Positions 45,502 through 55,675 of a stretch of 64,000 nt of DNA are shown here, one piece after another. The first letter of the stretch is position 1. Each line of letters opens with the position of its first letter. The notes beneath the pieces were generated by a model. That model was given only the letters and a program-made list of their open reading frames with translations. It did not search any database and was not told the DNA's origin. The stretch lies in contig CAJUEA010000001.1 of the NCBI GenBank assembly GCA_910584975.1, positions 269,651 to 333,650 of the forward strand. The letters run 5' to 3'. Origin of the DNA: an uncultured Christensenella sp. GTDB lineage: Bacteria > Bacillota > Clostridia > Christensenellales > UBA3700. Position numbers and translations under genes: made by a program.

Positions 45502-46728
45502 TTATTTTTTGAATGGTTGAAATTCTTTGTCAACCAATCCGTCACAGATTTCTTGATGTTTGGCTACAATGCCTGTTTTAACGGCAGTTTGCCCATATTT
45601 TGCACGAATTTTGTCAATAGATTTGTCCAAATTTTCGCGTTTGTCGTGAGTAATATCAAACATAGAGGTTTGGCGATTTTTGCCAGCAGTAAGTTTATAG
45701 GTGTAAACGCCAAGTTGTCTTATTGGAGGATTATTTTTGAAGTTGTGTATCTCTTGAAAGATTGCAAAAGCTTGCTCTGAAATATCTTGCGCGTTGCAGG
45801 TGGAAAAATCAAGCATTTTGTTTTTATGCGTCCCTTCCAAAGAACAGTAACGGATGCTGACACCAATACCATTTGCAATAAGTTTATATTTGCGTAGCCT
45901 TACTGCAACCATTTCGGATAGTGAGGTTAAAATTGCTTGAGCTTCACTTGCGTTTGTGATGTCAAAAGGTGTTGTTGTGCTGTTTCCAACACTTTCAGGA
46001 ATATGTTTTTGATCTGCAAATTTGATTTCTTCTGTTTCTATTCCGTTTGCATAGTCGTGCAACTTTTTTCCATTTATTCCGATATATTGTTGCAAAGTTT
46101 CCTTGTCATATTTTGCAAGGTCACCAATGGTGTTTATGCTTAATTGTTTGAAGAGCTTTGCAGTTTTTCTTCCCACCATAAGAAGGTCGGAAACAGGCAA
46201 ACTCCAAATTATTTGCTTATAATTATTTTCGTCAATAACAGTAACTGCATCTGGCTTTTTGTAATCTGAACCAATTTTGGCAAAAATCTTTGTAAAAGAA
46301 ACTCCGACAGAAATTGTTATGCCAAGTTCGCGTTTAACTCGTTCTCTTAACTCGTTTGCAATTTTTTCTCCACTGCCAAATAGGTTTATTGAAGATGTGC
46401 AATCAAGCCAACATTCGTCAATGCCAAAAGGCTCAACTTTGTCTGTATATTCGCTGTACATATCAAAAAGCTTATTGCTTATTGCAACATACTCGTCAAA
46501 GTGTGGTGCTACAAAAATAAGATTAGGACATTTTTGCTTTGCCTGCCAAAGTGGTTCTCCTGTTTTTACTCCAGCTCTTTTTGCTAGTTCAGATTTGGCA
46601 AGCACAATGCCGTGCCGTTTTTCGGGATTTCCGCAAACTGCAACAGGTTTATCTTTAAGGCTTGGATTGAGCATCATTTCAACTGATGCATAAAAATTGT
46701 TAGCGTCGCAATGCAATATGGTTGCCAT
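45502..46728 (-). CDS. dinB: Y-family DNA polymerase IV
   Basis: ORF extends to 46929. I place the start at the ATG at 46728 (MATILHCDANNFYASVE), after AAGGA. FGIDECWLD and the SVGVS palm motifs are present. The upstream 67 codons are low-complexity read-through. Confidence 0.9.
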   Translation of the reverse strand: MATILHCDANNFYASVEMMLNPSLKDKPVAVCGNPEKRHGIVLAKSELAKRAGVKTGEPLWQAKQKCPNLIFVAPHFDEYVAISNKLFDMYSEYTDKVEPFGIDECWLDCTSSINLFGSGEKIANELRERVKRELGITISVGVSFTKIFAKIGSDYKKPDAVTVIDENNYKQIIWSLPVSDLLMVGRKTAKLFKQLSINTIGDLAKYDKETLQQYIGINGKKLHDYANGIETEEIKFADQKHIPESVGNSTTTPFDITNASEAQAILTSLSEMVAVRLRKYKLIANGIGVSIRYCSLEGTHKNKMLDFSTCNAQDISEQAFAIFQEIHNFKNNPPIRQLGVYTYKLTAGKNRQTSMFDITHDKRENLDKSIDKIRAKYGQTAVKTGIVAKHQEICDGLVDKEFQPFKK

Positions 46729-47319
46729 AAAATGTCCTTTAAAATGTACTATAATTAGTATAACGCATAATATAAAAAAATACAAGTATAGTGCTGTAAA
46801 AAATATTATGGATTTGTAAAGAATAAAAATAAATCCACATAAAATAGAAAATTTGTTATAAAAATGATGATTTAGTAATAAAAACTCTTTAAAAATCTTC
46901 ACATTGTAGATATTTAAGCCTTTTTGCAATTTACACTTGATTTATCTTTCTTTATAGTGTATACTAAATATATAAAGATAATATTATGTTTTTGTTGCAA
47001 AAAGCTATTTAGTTGTTGCAGTTTAAAACACAATCTTTCAGTTTGAATTAATGTTGAATGATGCAAAATAATTTTATATAATTTGTAGATTATTTGTGAT
47101 AACTTATTGTTATATAAGCAGGTTGTTGTTTGCATATCGCGATAAGTTGTGCTGTATCGGATGAAAAATTTGATTTTTATGTTAATTGATGGTAAATTAA
47201 CATATATTTAATTAGACCCTTTGCAAATATGTGTTAGGCATTTATTTGCTAAAATGAAACTCAAGATTTAATATCTTGTTTTGTTGGGGGTAAATAATTG
47301 ATTAGATTTGGAGAGTTGA

Positions 47320-48198
47320 ATGAAAAAAGTAACTAAAGCAGTAATCCCATGTGCTGGATTTGGTACTAGATTTTTGCCTATAACAAAAGCTATTCCAAAA
47401 GAAATGTTGCCAATCGTGGATACTCCTTCTTTGGATTTGATTGTTGATGAGTGCGTTAAAAGTGGTATTACTGATATATTGATAATATTAGGAAAAAATA
47501 AAAAGTGCATTGAGGATTATTATGACTATGCACCTGAACTTGAGAAAATATTGGCAAAAGGCAACAAAGCTTGTCAGATAAAAGTTATCAATGAGCTTGC
47601 TGATAAAGCTAATTTTTACTATTGCAGACAAAAGGAAATGAATGGTTCAGCTATGGCTGTGCTTGCAAGTGAGACTTTTGTTGGCGATGCCCCATTTGCA
47701 GTTGTTTATGGCGATGACATTGTTTATAACGGAGACAAGCAACCAGCAATTGGGCAATTGATTGATGCATATTACACTACAGGCAAAAGTATTTTGGGGG
47801 TGCAAGAAGTTGCAGAAGAAGATGCTGTTAAGTATGGTGCTGTAATTAAGGGCGCTCAAAAAGGCAGATATTGCGAAATGAAAGGCGTTATTGAAAAGCC
47901 TAAGAGAGAAGAGTTGCCTTCAACACTTGTTTCATTGGGAAGATATGTTTTGACTCCTGATGTTTTTGATTATATAAGACAAACAGCTCCTGCAAAAAAT
48001 GGCGAAATCTATTTGACTGATACAATCAATCTTATGGCAAAAACTGTTGGCGTGTTCTCTTACGAATTTGAAGGCAGACGATATGATACGGGCGATAAAC
48101 TCGGATTTTTGCAAGCAAATATTGAATATGGCTTAAGAAATGAGGAATTGGGCAAAAATCTTGCTGAATATATAAAACAACTTGCTAAAAAATTATAA
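47320..48198 (+). CDS. galU: UTP--glucose-1-phosphate uridylyltransferase
   Basis: KAVIPCAGFGTRFLPITKAIPKEMLPIVD, VYGDD and GRYVLTP are canonical GalU motifs. Confidence 0.93.
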   Translation: MKKVTKAVIPCAGFGTRFLPITKAIPKEMLPIVDTPSLDLIVDECVKSGITDILIILGKNKKCIEDYYDYAPELEKILAKGNKACQIKVINELADKANFYYCRQKEMNGSAMAVLASETFVGDAPFAVVYGDDIVYNGDKQPAIGQLIDAYYTTGKSILGVQEVAEEDAVKYGAVIKGAQKGRYCEMKGVIEKPKREELPSTLVSLGRYVLTPDVFDYIRQTAPAKNGEIYLTDTINLMAKTVGVFSYEFEGRRYDTGDKLGFLQANIEYGLRNEELGKNLAEYIKQLAKKL

Positions 48199-48406
48199 AA
48201 GTATTTTGAAATTTTGTATGAATTAGGCGTTTAAATTTGTGATCAAGTGGTGGATAGTGTTTTTGTAACACGGCTTAAGTTGCAAAAAATGTGGTTATAC
48301 TACAATTTAATAGTAATTAAAAAATTTATCTTACGAAAAATTATGTGTTTTGTTGGGAATAATACATAATGGGCATAATATAAAATGATTTGAAGGAGAA
48401 AATGAT

Positions 48407-48865
48407 ATGTTGAATATCTTGAGTGCTATATCTACTGAGACAATTATTGGAATTGTGGCAATAGTTGTTATTGTTATTTCTAGTGGAATTATTATTGCAA
48501 CTGCAATCAGAAATTATTTGTTGCATAAAAAAGCAGTGATTGAGGCAGAAAAAAATGAAGGCTTTGAAGGCGACACGCCTATTCAAGAAATTGAGGAGAA
48601 TGTGCAGGATGAAAGTGCTGAGGTTAATGCTGCAAATGTTGTTGTTACTGCAGAAGAGGCTGAGGATAGCAATAATATAATTGAAGTTCCTGCCGAGTTT
48701 GCCGAAGAAGACGAGCAAGAAGAGGAAATTCAAGAAATTAATTTTGAGAAAAATCCAGAAAAGCCAGATGAGAGTAAGGTTGAAAATGGACTTGATGATA
48801 TCAGTACTGATGAGGTTGACGACAAATCTATGGATGAATTGATGGAAAAGTTGGCTAACAGATAA
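48407..48865 (+). CDS. N-terminally anchored, highly acidic small protein
   Basis: SD GAAGGAG. A TM helix (IIGIVAIVVIVISSGIIIATAI) is followed by an E/D-rich low-complexity tail. Confidence 0.6.
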   Translation: MLNILSAISTETIIGIVAIVVIVISSGIIIATAIRNYLLHKKAVIEAEKNEGFEGDTPIQEIEENVQDESAEVNAANVVVTAEEAEDSNNIIEVPAEFAEEDEQEEEIQEINFEKNPEKPDESKVENGLDDISTDEVDDKSMDELMEKLANR

Positions 48866-48917
48866 TTGTAAGCGCATTTTGTATAACAAATTGTTATTTA
48901 AAACCTGATAATTTATT

Positions 48918-48946
48918 AAAAAGACTGCAATTTTGCAGTCTTTTTT
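48918..48946 (+). terminator. intrinsic terminator
   Basis: AAAAAGACTGCA pairs with TGCAGTCTTTTTT. Confidence 0.75.
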
Positions 48947-49730
48947 GCGTAATAAGTATTTTATTAAAGTTTGTTTAAGTCAAATTAGTTGTCTTTTGGC
49001 TGTACGCATAAGTTAAATTGGCTGGTATGTTGTGCAATATGAATTTTATATGTTTAATTTTATTTTAGAGTTTTGTTAATTGTTGGTTGACTTGGTATAA
49101 AAGAGCGATAATATCTAAAAATAAATTGAGCGATATAGCATAAAACAGTAATGTTTAATTTGTTTTTGTAAATAATCTGCGAAAATAAAAAAATCCACAT
49201 AATGCAGAATAAATTTTGCTAAAAATGCTTTATAAATAAGACTTTTGTGAGTGTTTGAGGTAAAATTTACCAATAAATATTTAATAGGTAAAAGCATTAA
49301 AATCTACATAAAAGAGACTAAATGTTTGTGTTAAGTTTGCAATGTTTTTGCCTTTAAGTACAAGTTTTTATTTTTTTGCACGCAAAGCAAGATTAAAAAA
49401 CAAGGCTTAAATTGGACTTTTATTTGTAATATCTGCCTCAAAAAATTAGAGAGTCAATAAAAGGAAAGTGCTACAACGGACAAGTCGGAAGTAACATATT
49501 AAGGTATTTGACCAAATGAGAAGAGATTTGATTTTGAAATTAAATTGGAGATTGATTACAAGTTGTTAATTTTGTTTTTGTATTTAAAGTTTAAAATACT
49601 TGATGTATTTGTCATTACATAAAATTGTTTAAATTCGCAATTTTTGATATGTGTTGTGCTGTTGTTTGCTGCAAAAAGAGAGATTTGGCAAAAATTGTTG
49701 AGGAAATTATAATAAATAAGAGTTTTTCTA

Positions 49731-49759
49731 TTGACATTGTTTGCAAAAATTGCTAGAAT
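49731..49759 (+). promoter_or_regulatory. sigma-A promoter with extended -10 upstream of ldh
   Basis: TTGACA (49731-36), a 17-nt spacer, then TGc-TAGAAT (49751-59). Confidence 0.55.
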
Positions 49760-49833
49760 ACTAATGTACACTATTATAGATAAAATAATAATAATAAAAT
49801 TAAATAAATTTGTATAGATATACGGAGGTTACT

Positions 49834-50781
49834 ATGAATAGAAAAGTTACAATTATTGGAGCAGGAAGCGTTGGCGCATCAATTGCTTACACTGCGGTGG
49901 TGAAAGGTGTTGCAAGCGAAATCGTGCTTATCGACATCAATAAGGACAAAACATTGGGTGAGGCAATGGATATTCGTCAAGGTATTCCATTCTGCACACC
50001 TTGTGATATATATGCAGGCGACTATGCAGATGCTGTTGGCAGTGATATTGTTGTTATCACTTCTGGTATTCCAAGAAAACCAGGTCAATCTCGTATTGAT
50101 TTGACTCAAACAAATGTAAACATTATCAAAGACATTGCACAAAAAATTGTGCCTTATGCAAAAGATGCTTTGTATGTTATTGTAAGTAACCCCGTAGATA
50201 TTATGACATATGTGTTTACAAAAGTTTCAGGTATTCCTGAGGAAAGAGTTATTGGTTCAGGCACCTTGCTTGACACTTCAAGGTTGCGTTCAAGCCTTGC
50301 TGATCATTTGGCTGTAAGCCAAAAAAGTATTCATGCTTATGTTTTGGGTGAGCATGGTGACAGCTCTTTTGTTCCTTGGTCAATTGCCCAAGTTGGCTGC
50401 GTAAACTTGCTTGACTACAAAAATAAGTTTAGCTGTAAAGATCAAAAAGATTTTGATTTTGACAAGCAAGAAATTGAAACTTATATGAAAAAATCAGGTG
50501 GAACAATCATTCAAAGAAAAGGTGCAACTTTTTATGCAATTGCTATCAGTGTTTGTCATTTGCTTGAGTGCATTTTCTCTCAAAGCAATACTTCAATGAC
50601 TGTATCTTCTATGATGCACGGCGAGTATGGTATTGAGGATGTTTGCCTAAGCATTCCATTTATCGTAGGACCAGATGGAATTTGTGGAAAAATTTTGCCT
50701 GACCTTACTGAGGAAGAAATTGCAAAATTGCATAACAGTGCAAATATGTTGAAAAGCGTTATTGCTCAAATTGAAATTTGA
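49834..50781 (+). CDS. ldh: L-lactate dehydrogenase
   Basis: The ATG at 49834 follows ACGGAGGT. VTIIGAGSVGAS, the substrate loop GIPRKPGQSRIDL, VSNPVD and GEHGDS are present. Confidence 0.93.
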   Translation: MNRKVTIIGAGSVGASIAYTAVVKGVASEIVLIDINKDKTLGEAMDIRQGIPFCTPCDIYAGDYADAVGSDIVVITSGIPRKPGQSRIDLTQTNVNIIKDIAQKIVPYAKDALYVIVSNPVDIMTYVFTKVSGIPEERVIGSGTLLDTSRLRSSLADHLAVSQKSIHAYVLGEHGDSSFVPWSIAQVGCVNLLDYKNKFSCKDQKDFDFDKQEIETYMKKSGGTIIQRKGATFYAIAISVCHLLECIFSQSNTSMTVSSMMHGEYGIEDVCLSIPFIVGPDGICGKILPDLTEEEIAKLHNSANMLKSVIAQIEI

Positions 50782-51093
50782 TTTAATTTGAACTTAATAT
50801 TAATTGTTGGCAACAAAATCAAAATGGCAAATATATTTGATCGATTTAACATTGAAAAAGCTGAATAACATTATGTTATAGCAAATGTAATTTTGTTTGA
50901 TGTGCAAATGATATTTTTGATTGATAAAAATTGAATGGATATTTGATTTTTGTTATGATATGAGTAAATTTGATTGTATATCAAAAAGCTTTTTTCAGCA
51001 TATTTAAGTTGTTATCTTGCTAAATTGATTTTGAATATAATGTGCGATATGCACGAAAATTTAAGTATATGATTTATTATCAGTGGAGGTAAT

Positions 51094-51879
51094 ATGATTT
51101 ATAGTTATTATCCTGGCTGTACCCTAAAGACAAAGGCGAAAGAGCTTGATATGTATGCTCGCCGTTCACTTGAGGCATTGGGTATTCAGTTTGAGGAGCT
51201 TGATAATTGGCAATGTTGCGGAGGAGTTTATCCTTTGGCAAAAGACGAAATCGCTACAAAATTGTCTTCTATCAGAACACTTAATCAAGCAAAAGAGCTT
51301 GGTCGTCCGCTTTTGACACTTTGCTCTGCTTGTCATCATGTTTTGACTCGTGTTAACAACGATATGAAAACAAACAGTGATATTCATATGAGAGCAAACA
51401 ACTATTGTGCTTTTGCAGAACCTTATAACGGCGAAACAGAGGTTGTTCACTTTTTAACTTTGATTAAAGAAGTTATCGGTTTTGACAATTTGGCAAAAAA
51501 GGTTGTTAATCCTTTGAAAGGTCGCAAGATTGGTGCTTACTATGGTTGCCTACTTTTAAGACCAAGCAGTGAACTTGCTTTTGACGACCCTGAAAATCCA
51601 ACAATTCTTGAGGATTTTATCAAGGCATTGGGTGCAACTCCGGTTGTATATCCTTTCCGTAATGAGTGTTGTGGTGGTTACATATCTGTTACTAAACCTG
51701 AGCAAGCAACAAAAAATGTAGATAAAATTATTGATTCTGCAAAATATAAAGGTTGTGAAGAACTAATCACTGCGTGTCCGCTTTGTATGTATAATTTGAA
51801 TGCAAATGCAAAAGTAGACAACAAAATTGAGGTGAAATACTTTACTGAGCTTTTGGCTGAAGCTTTGGGTGTAAAGTAA
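51094..51879 (+). CDS. hdrB: heterodisulfide reductase subunit B-like (two CCG domains)
   Basis: YYPGCTL, NWQCCGG, YYGCLL and ECCGG are CCG-domain signatures. Confidence 0.85.
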   Translation: MIYSYYPGCTLKTKAKELDMYARRSLEALGIQFEELDNWQCCGGVYPLAKDEIATKLSSIRTLNQAKELGRPLLTLCSACHHVLTRVNNDMKTNSDIHMRANNYCAFAEPYNGETEVVHFLTLIKEVIGFDNLAKKVVNPLKGRKIGAYYGCLLLRPSSELAFDDPENPTILEDFIKALGATPVVYPFRNECCGGYISVTKPEQATKNVDKIIDSAKYKGCEELITACPLCMYNLNANAKVDNKIEVKYFTELLAEALGVK

Positions 51880-51889
51880 GGAGGGCGAT

Positions 51890-52279
51890 ATGAAAAAAGA
51901 TATGGAACTTGCAAATGAAGTTATTCGTATCAGTGGCGCAAATCCAATCAGATGTATGAAATGTGGCAAATGCTCTGCATCTTGTCCTTCATTCAATGAA
52001 ATGGAATATGCCCCTCACAAATTTGTGGATATGGTGGTACATGGCAGAATTCAAGAGCTTATGGACAGCAAATCAATTTTTCATTGTTTAAGCTGTTTTG
52101 CTTGTGTGGAAAGATGCCCTCGTGGTGTTGAACCTGCCAAAATAGTTGAGGCTATCAGAGTGGTTAAGCAAAGACAAGTCGGCGAAAATTATTTGGATGC
52201 AAATGATATTCCTGCGATTATTGATGAGCAAATCCCTCAACAAGCATTGGTAAGTGCTTTTAGGAAATTCAAGAAATAG
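51890..52279 (+). CDS. hdrC: heterodisulfide reductase subunit C-like (2x[4Fe-4S])
   Basis: CMKCGKCSASCP and CLSCFACVERCP. Confidence 0.8.
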   Translation: MKKDMELANEVIRISGANPIRCMKCGKCSASCPSFNEMEYAPHKFVDMVVHGRIQELMDSKSIFHCLSCFACVERCPRGVEPAKIVEAIRVVKQRQVGENYLDANDIPAIIDEQIPQQALVSAFRKFKK

Positions 52280-52293
52280 AGGAGAGGACAAAA

Positions 52294-54282
52294 GTGCTAA
52301 AGATAGGTGTATTTGTATGTTGGTGTGGTAGTAATATTGCGGCAACAGTAGATGTAAAGCAAGTTGTCGAGGCTGTTAAGTTGCAACCAGGTGTTGTGTT
52401 TGCAACAGATTATCAGTATATGTGTTCTGAGGCCGGACAACTTATTATGCGCAATGCGATTGAAGAATATAAACTTGATGGTGTGGTTATCTGTTCTTGT
52501 TCTCCAAGAATGCACGAAGGTACTTTCCGTAAAAATGCGGAAAGAGCAGGGCTTAACCCATTTATGGTTGAAATTGCAAACATTCGTGAGCATTGTTCTT
52601 GGATACATAAAAATATTGAAGAGGCTACAATCAAGGCTATTGCACTTGCAAACGCTGCGATTGCAAAAGTAAAATTAAACGCACCACTTATCAGTGGCGA
52701 AAGTCAAGTTACAAAAAGGGCTTTGGTTATTGGTGGTGGTATTGCAGGTATTCAAACTGCTTTGGATATTGCAGAGGCAGGTTTCCAAGTTGATATTGTG
52801 GAAAAAAGACCAACAATCGGTGGGAATATGGCAAAGCTTGACAAAACTTTCCCAACACTTGACTGTTCAGCTTGTATTCTGACACCAAAGATGGTTGATG
52901 CGGCTGCAAATCCTAACATTGAGCTTTTAACTTACAGCGAAGTGGAAAAAGTAAGTGGCTTTGTTGGCAATTTTAAGGCAACAATCCGTAAAAAGGCAAG
53001 ATATATCAACACAGATTTGTGTACAGGTTGTGGCGATTGCATGTCAAAATGTCCTTCAAAGAAAGGCAAAAATGAATTTAACTGTGGACTTAACAACAGA
53101 CCTGCAATTTATATTCCATTTGCACAGGCAATTCCTAATGTTGCAGTTATTGACCCTGTACAATGTATTAAAATAACTAAAGATAAATGTGGACTTTGTC
53201 AAACTGTATGTTCTGCAAAAGCTATTGACTACACACAACAAGATGAGATTATTGAGCGTGAGTATGGTGCTATTGTGGCTGCAACAGGTTACAATCCTAT
53301 CAAGCTTGACAAGTTTGACGAATATGGCTACAGCCAAAGCAAGGATGTTATCACAAGCCTTGAATTGGAAAGATTGATGAATGCAGCTGGTCCTACTGGT
53401 GGAAAGCTTGTAAAACCAAGTGATGGTTCTCATCCTCACACAATCACATTCATTCAATGTGTAGGTTCAAGAGATATCAGTGGAAGAGGCAAATGCTATT
53501 GCTCAAAAATTTGCTGTATGTACACAGCAAAACATGCAATGCTTATCCGTGATAAATATCCTGATGTAAATGTAAATGTATTTTATATTGATGTTCGTAC
53601 TCCTGGCAAAAACTATGATGAGTTTTATCGCAGAGCAGTGGAAGAGTATAATGTAAATTATATTAAAGGTCAAGTTGGCAAAGTATACGAGAGTGATGGA
53701 CATCTTGTTTTGCAAGCAAGTGATTTGTTGAACAATGAACAAATTCTTGTAAACAGCGATATGGTTGTGCTTGCAACAGCAATTGAACCAGATGAGTCTG
53801 CCAAAAAGGTTGCATCAATGCTTACAGCAAGTATTGATACAAACAATTTCCTTACAGAGGCTCATGCAAAATTGCGTCCAGTTGAAAGCCCAACAGCAGG
53901 TATTTTCTTGTCAGGTGTTTGCCAAGGTCCTAAGGATATTCCTGAAACAGTATCTCAAGCAAGTGCTTGTGCTGCAAAGGTTATCGGACTTTTGAGCAAA
54001 ACAAAATTGGTTACAAATCCTTGTGTGGCTCATAGTGATGAGTTGTTGTGTAATGGTTGCTCAAACTGCGCAAATGTTTGCCCTTATGGTGCAATCGGAT
54101 ATGAAACAAAACTTATTAATGACCACGGAATCAGAGAAAACAGACGAGTTGCAGCTGTTAATCCAGCATTGTGCCAAGGCTGTGGTGCTTGCACAGTTGC
54201 TTGCCCATCAGGTGCTATGGATTTGTTTGGATTCTCTAACAGTCAAATTATGGCGGAGGTAGAAGCAGTATGCAAGAAGTAA
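52294..54282 (+). CDS. hdrA: heterodisulfide reductase subunit A-like flavoprotein
   Basis: A GTG start after GAGGAGAGG. KIGVFVCWCGSNI, the FAD motif LVIGGGIAGIQTALD, and several ferredoxin-type Cys clusters. Confidence 0.88.
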   Translation: MLKIGVFVCWCGSNIAATVDVKQVVEAVKLQPGVVFATDYQYMCSEAGQLIMRNAIEEYKLDGVVICSCSPRMHEGTFRKNAERAGLNPFMVEIANIREHCSWIHKNIEEATIKAIALANAAIAKVKLNAPLISGESQVTKRALVIGGGIAGIQTALDIAEAGFQVDIVEKRPTIGGNMAKLDKTFPTLDCSACILTPKMVDAAANPNIELLTYSEVEKVSGFVGNFKATIRKKARYINTDLCTGCGDCMSKCPSKKGKNEFNCGLNNRPAIYIPFAQAIPNVAVIDPVQCIKITKDKCGLCQTVCSAKAIDYTQQDEIIEREYGAIVAATGYNPIKLDKFDEYGYSQSKDVITSLELERLMNAAGPTGGKLVKPSDGSHPHTITFIQCVGSRDISGRGKCYCSKICCMYTAKHAMLIRDKYPDVNVNVFYIDVRTPGKNYDEFYRRAVEEYNVNYIKGQVGKVYESDGHLVLQASDLLNNEQILVNSDMVVLATAIEPDESAKKVASMLTASIDTNNFLTEAHAKLRPVESPTAGIFLSGVCQGPKDIPETVSQASACAAKVIGLLSKTKLVTNPCVAHSDELLCNGCSNCANVCPYGAIGYETKLINDHGIRENRRVAAVNPALCQGCGACTVACPSGAMDLFGFSNSQIMAEVEAVCKK

Positions 54283-54707
54283 AAGAATTTAAGCCAACTA
54301 TTGTTGCTTTTTGTTGCAACTGGTGTAGTTATGCAGGCGCTGACCTTGCAGGCTCAAGCAGATTGACTTATCCTGCTGATGTAAAAATTATCAGAGTGCC
54401 TTGTTCTGGTCGTGTAAACCCAATGTTTATACTAAAAGCTTTTGAGCGTGGTGCAGATGGTGTTATTATTTGTGGTTGCCACCCTGGCGACTGTCATTAC
54501 AGCACTGGCAACTATTACACAAGAAGAAGACTTGCTCTTTTGTACAGCATGCTTGACTTTATGGGTATTGAAAGAGGTCGTACTCGTGTTGAGTGGGTAT
54601 CTGCAGCAGAAGGTGTTAAATTTTCTACAGTTATGAACAAGTTCGTTGAGGACATTAGAGCTTTGGGCGAATGTGTTAAATTAGGAGATATAAGATGCAA
54701 GGATTAG
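54270..54707 (+). CDS. mvhD: MvhD/FlxD-like protein (methyl-viologen-reducing hydrogenase delta subunit family)
   Basis: VAFCCNWCSYAGADLAG, RVPCSGRV and ICGCHPGDCHY. Confidence 0.88.
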   Translation: MQEVKEFKPTIVAFCCNWCSYAGADLAGSSRLTYPADVKIIRVPCSGRVNPMFILKAFERGADGVIICGCHPGDCHYSTGNYYTRRRLALLYSMLDFMGIERGRTRVEWVSAAEGVKFSTVMNKFVEDIRALGECVKLGDIRCKD

Positions 54708-55675
54708 AATTGAAATTGAAAGAAAGATTACAGGAGCTTTTGGATAATGGCACTGTTGATTGCGTTATCGGTTGGACTAAAGGCGAATTTATTTATGATA
54801 CTACTCCTGCAATCTTCACAAAAGAAAGTGGATTGAACGGCTTTGTTTACAATAGTTTTTGTGGTGCAAATTTGAGCAAATATCTTGTATCTCAAATTAC
54901 AAGCGACAAAAAGTTTGCTGTTGTTTTAAAGCCTTGTGATACATATAGTATGAATCAGCTTATTACAGAGCATCGCGTAAACAGAGAAAATATTTACATT
55001 GTTGGCGTTGGTTGCAGTGGTCATCTTGACATTGACAAGATTAAGGCTCAAGGCGTAAGTGGTATCACAAATGTTGTTGATAATGATAATAATATAATTA
55101 TTAATAGTATATATGGCGATGCTAGTATGGAAAAAGCAGCTGTATTGCTTTCAAAATGCCAATCTTGCAAGGGCGCAGAGCTTAAAATTGCTGACGAGAT
55201 TATTGGAGAAGGAATTGCAACTCCTGCTTGTGATGCAAGATTTGATGGCGTTAAAAAGCTTGAGGCAATGACAGCAGAGCAAAGATTTGCTTTTTGGAAA
55301 AAAGAACTTTCAAAGTGCATAAGATGCAATGCTTGTCGCAATATTTGTCCTGCTTGCACTTGTCGTACTTGTGTTTTTGACAATGCAAGAAGTAATGTTG
55401 CTGCAAAAGCAAATGCAACTGAGTTTGAGGAAAAAATGTTCCATATCATAAGGGCTTTCCATGTGGCAGGAAGATGTACTGACTGTGGCGAATGTTCAAG
55501 AGTTTGCCCTCAAGGTATTCCACTTCATTTGCTAAATCGCAAATTTATCAAGGATATCAATGAGTTTTATGGTGACTATCAAGCAGGAGAGATTGCAGAT
55601 CAACGCAATCCACTTGTAAACTTTACCGAAGGCGATATTGAGGCGACTGCTATAAGTGATAAGGAGGGTAAATAA
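54695..55675 (+). CDS. Fe-S oxidoreductase subunit (FrhB/FlxC-like)
   Basis: Overlaps mvhD. The Cys motifs are CIRCNACRNICPACTC and CTDCGECSRVCP. The subunit naming is tentative. Confidence 0.6.
   Translation: MQGLELKLKERLQELLDNGTVDCVIGWTKGEFIYDTTPAIFTKESGLNGFVYNSFCGANLSKYLVSQITSDKKFAVVLKPCDTYSMNQLITEHRVNRENIYIVGVGCSGHLDIDKIKAQGVSGITNVVDNDNNIIINSIYGDASMEKAAVLLSKCQSCKGAELKIADEIIGEGIATPACDARFDGVKKLEAMTAEQRFAFWKKELSKCIRCNACRNICPACTCRTCVFDNARSNVAAKANATEFEEKMFHIIRAFHVAGRCTDCGECSRVCPQGIPLHLLNRKFIKDINEFYGDYQAGEIADQRNPLVNFTEGDIEATAISDKEGK

Noticed and set aside
46729-46929. 67-codon N-terminal extension of dinB in the ORF track
   Set aside because: The extension is hydrophobic and low-complexity (FILYKSIIFFTALYLYFFILCV). 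The conserved Y-family N-terminus (MATILHCDANNFYASVE) begins at 46728 with its own SD.
49440-49560. T-box or another riboswitch in the long spacer upstream of ldh (AGAGAG and a G+C-richer patch)
   Set aside because: There is no T-box sequence (GGTGGTACCGCG-like), no terminator/antiterminator pair and no specifier-loop architecture. The patch lies upstream of the mapped ldh promoter rather than in its leader.
49737-49753. Rex operator in the ldh promoter spacer (TTGTTTGCAAAAATTGC)
   Set aside because: It matches only the TTGT half of the TTGTGAA-N4-TTCACAA / TTGTTAA-N4-TTAACAA consensus, and there is no inverted partner.
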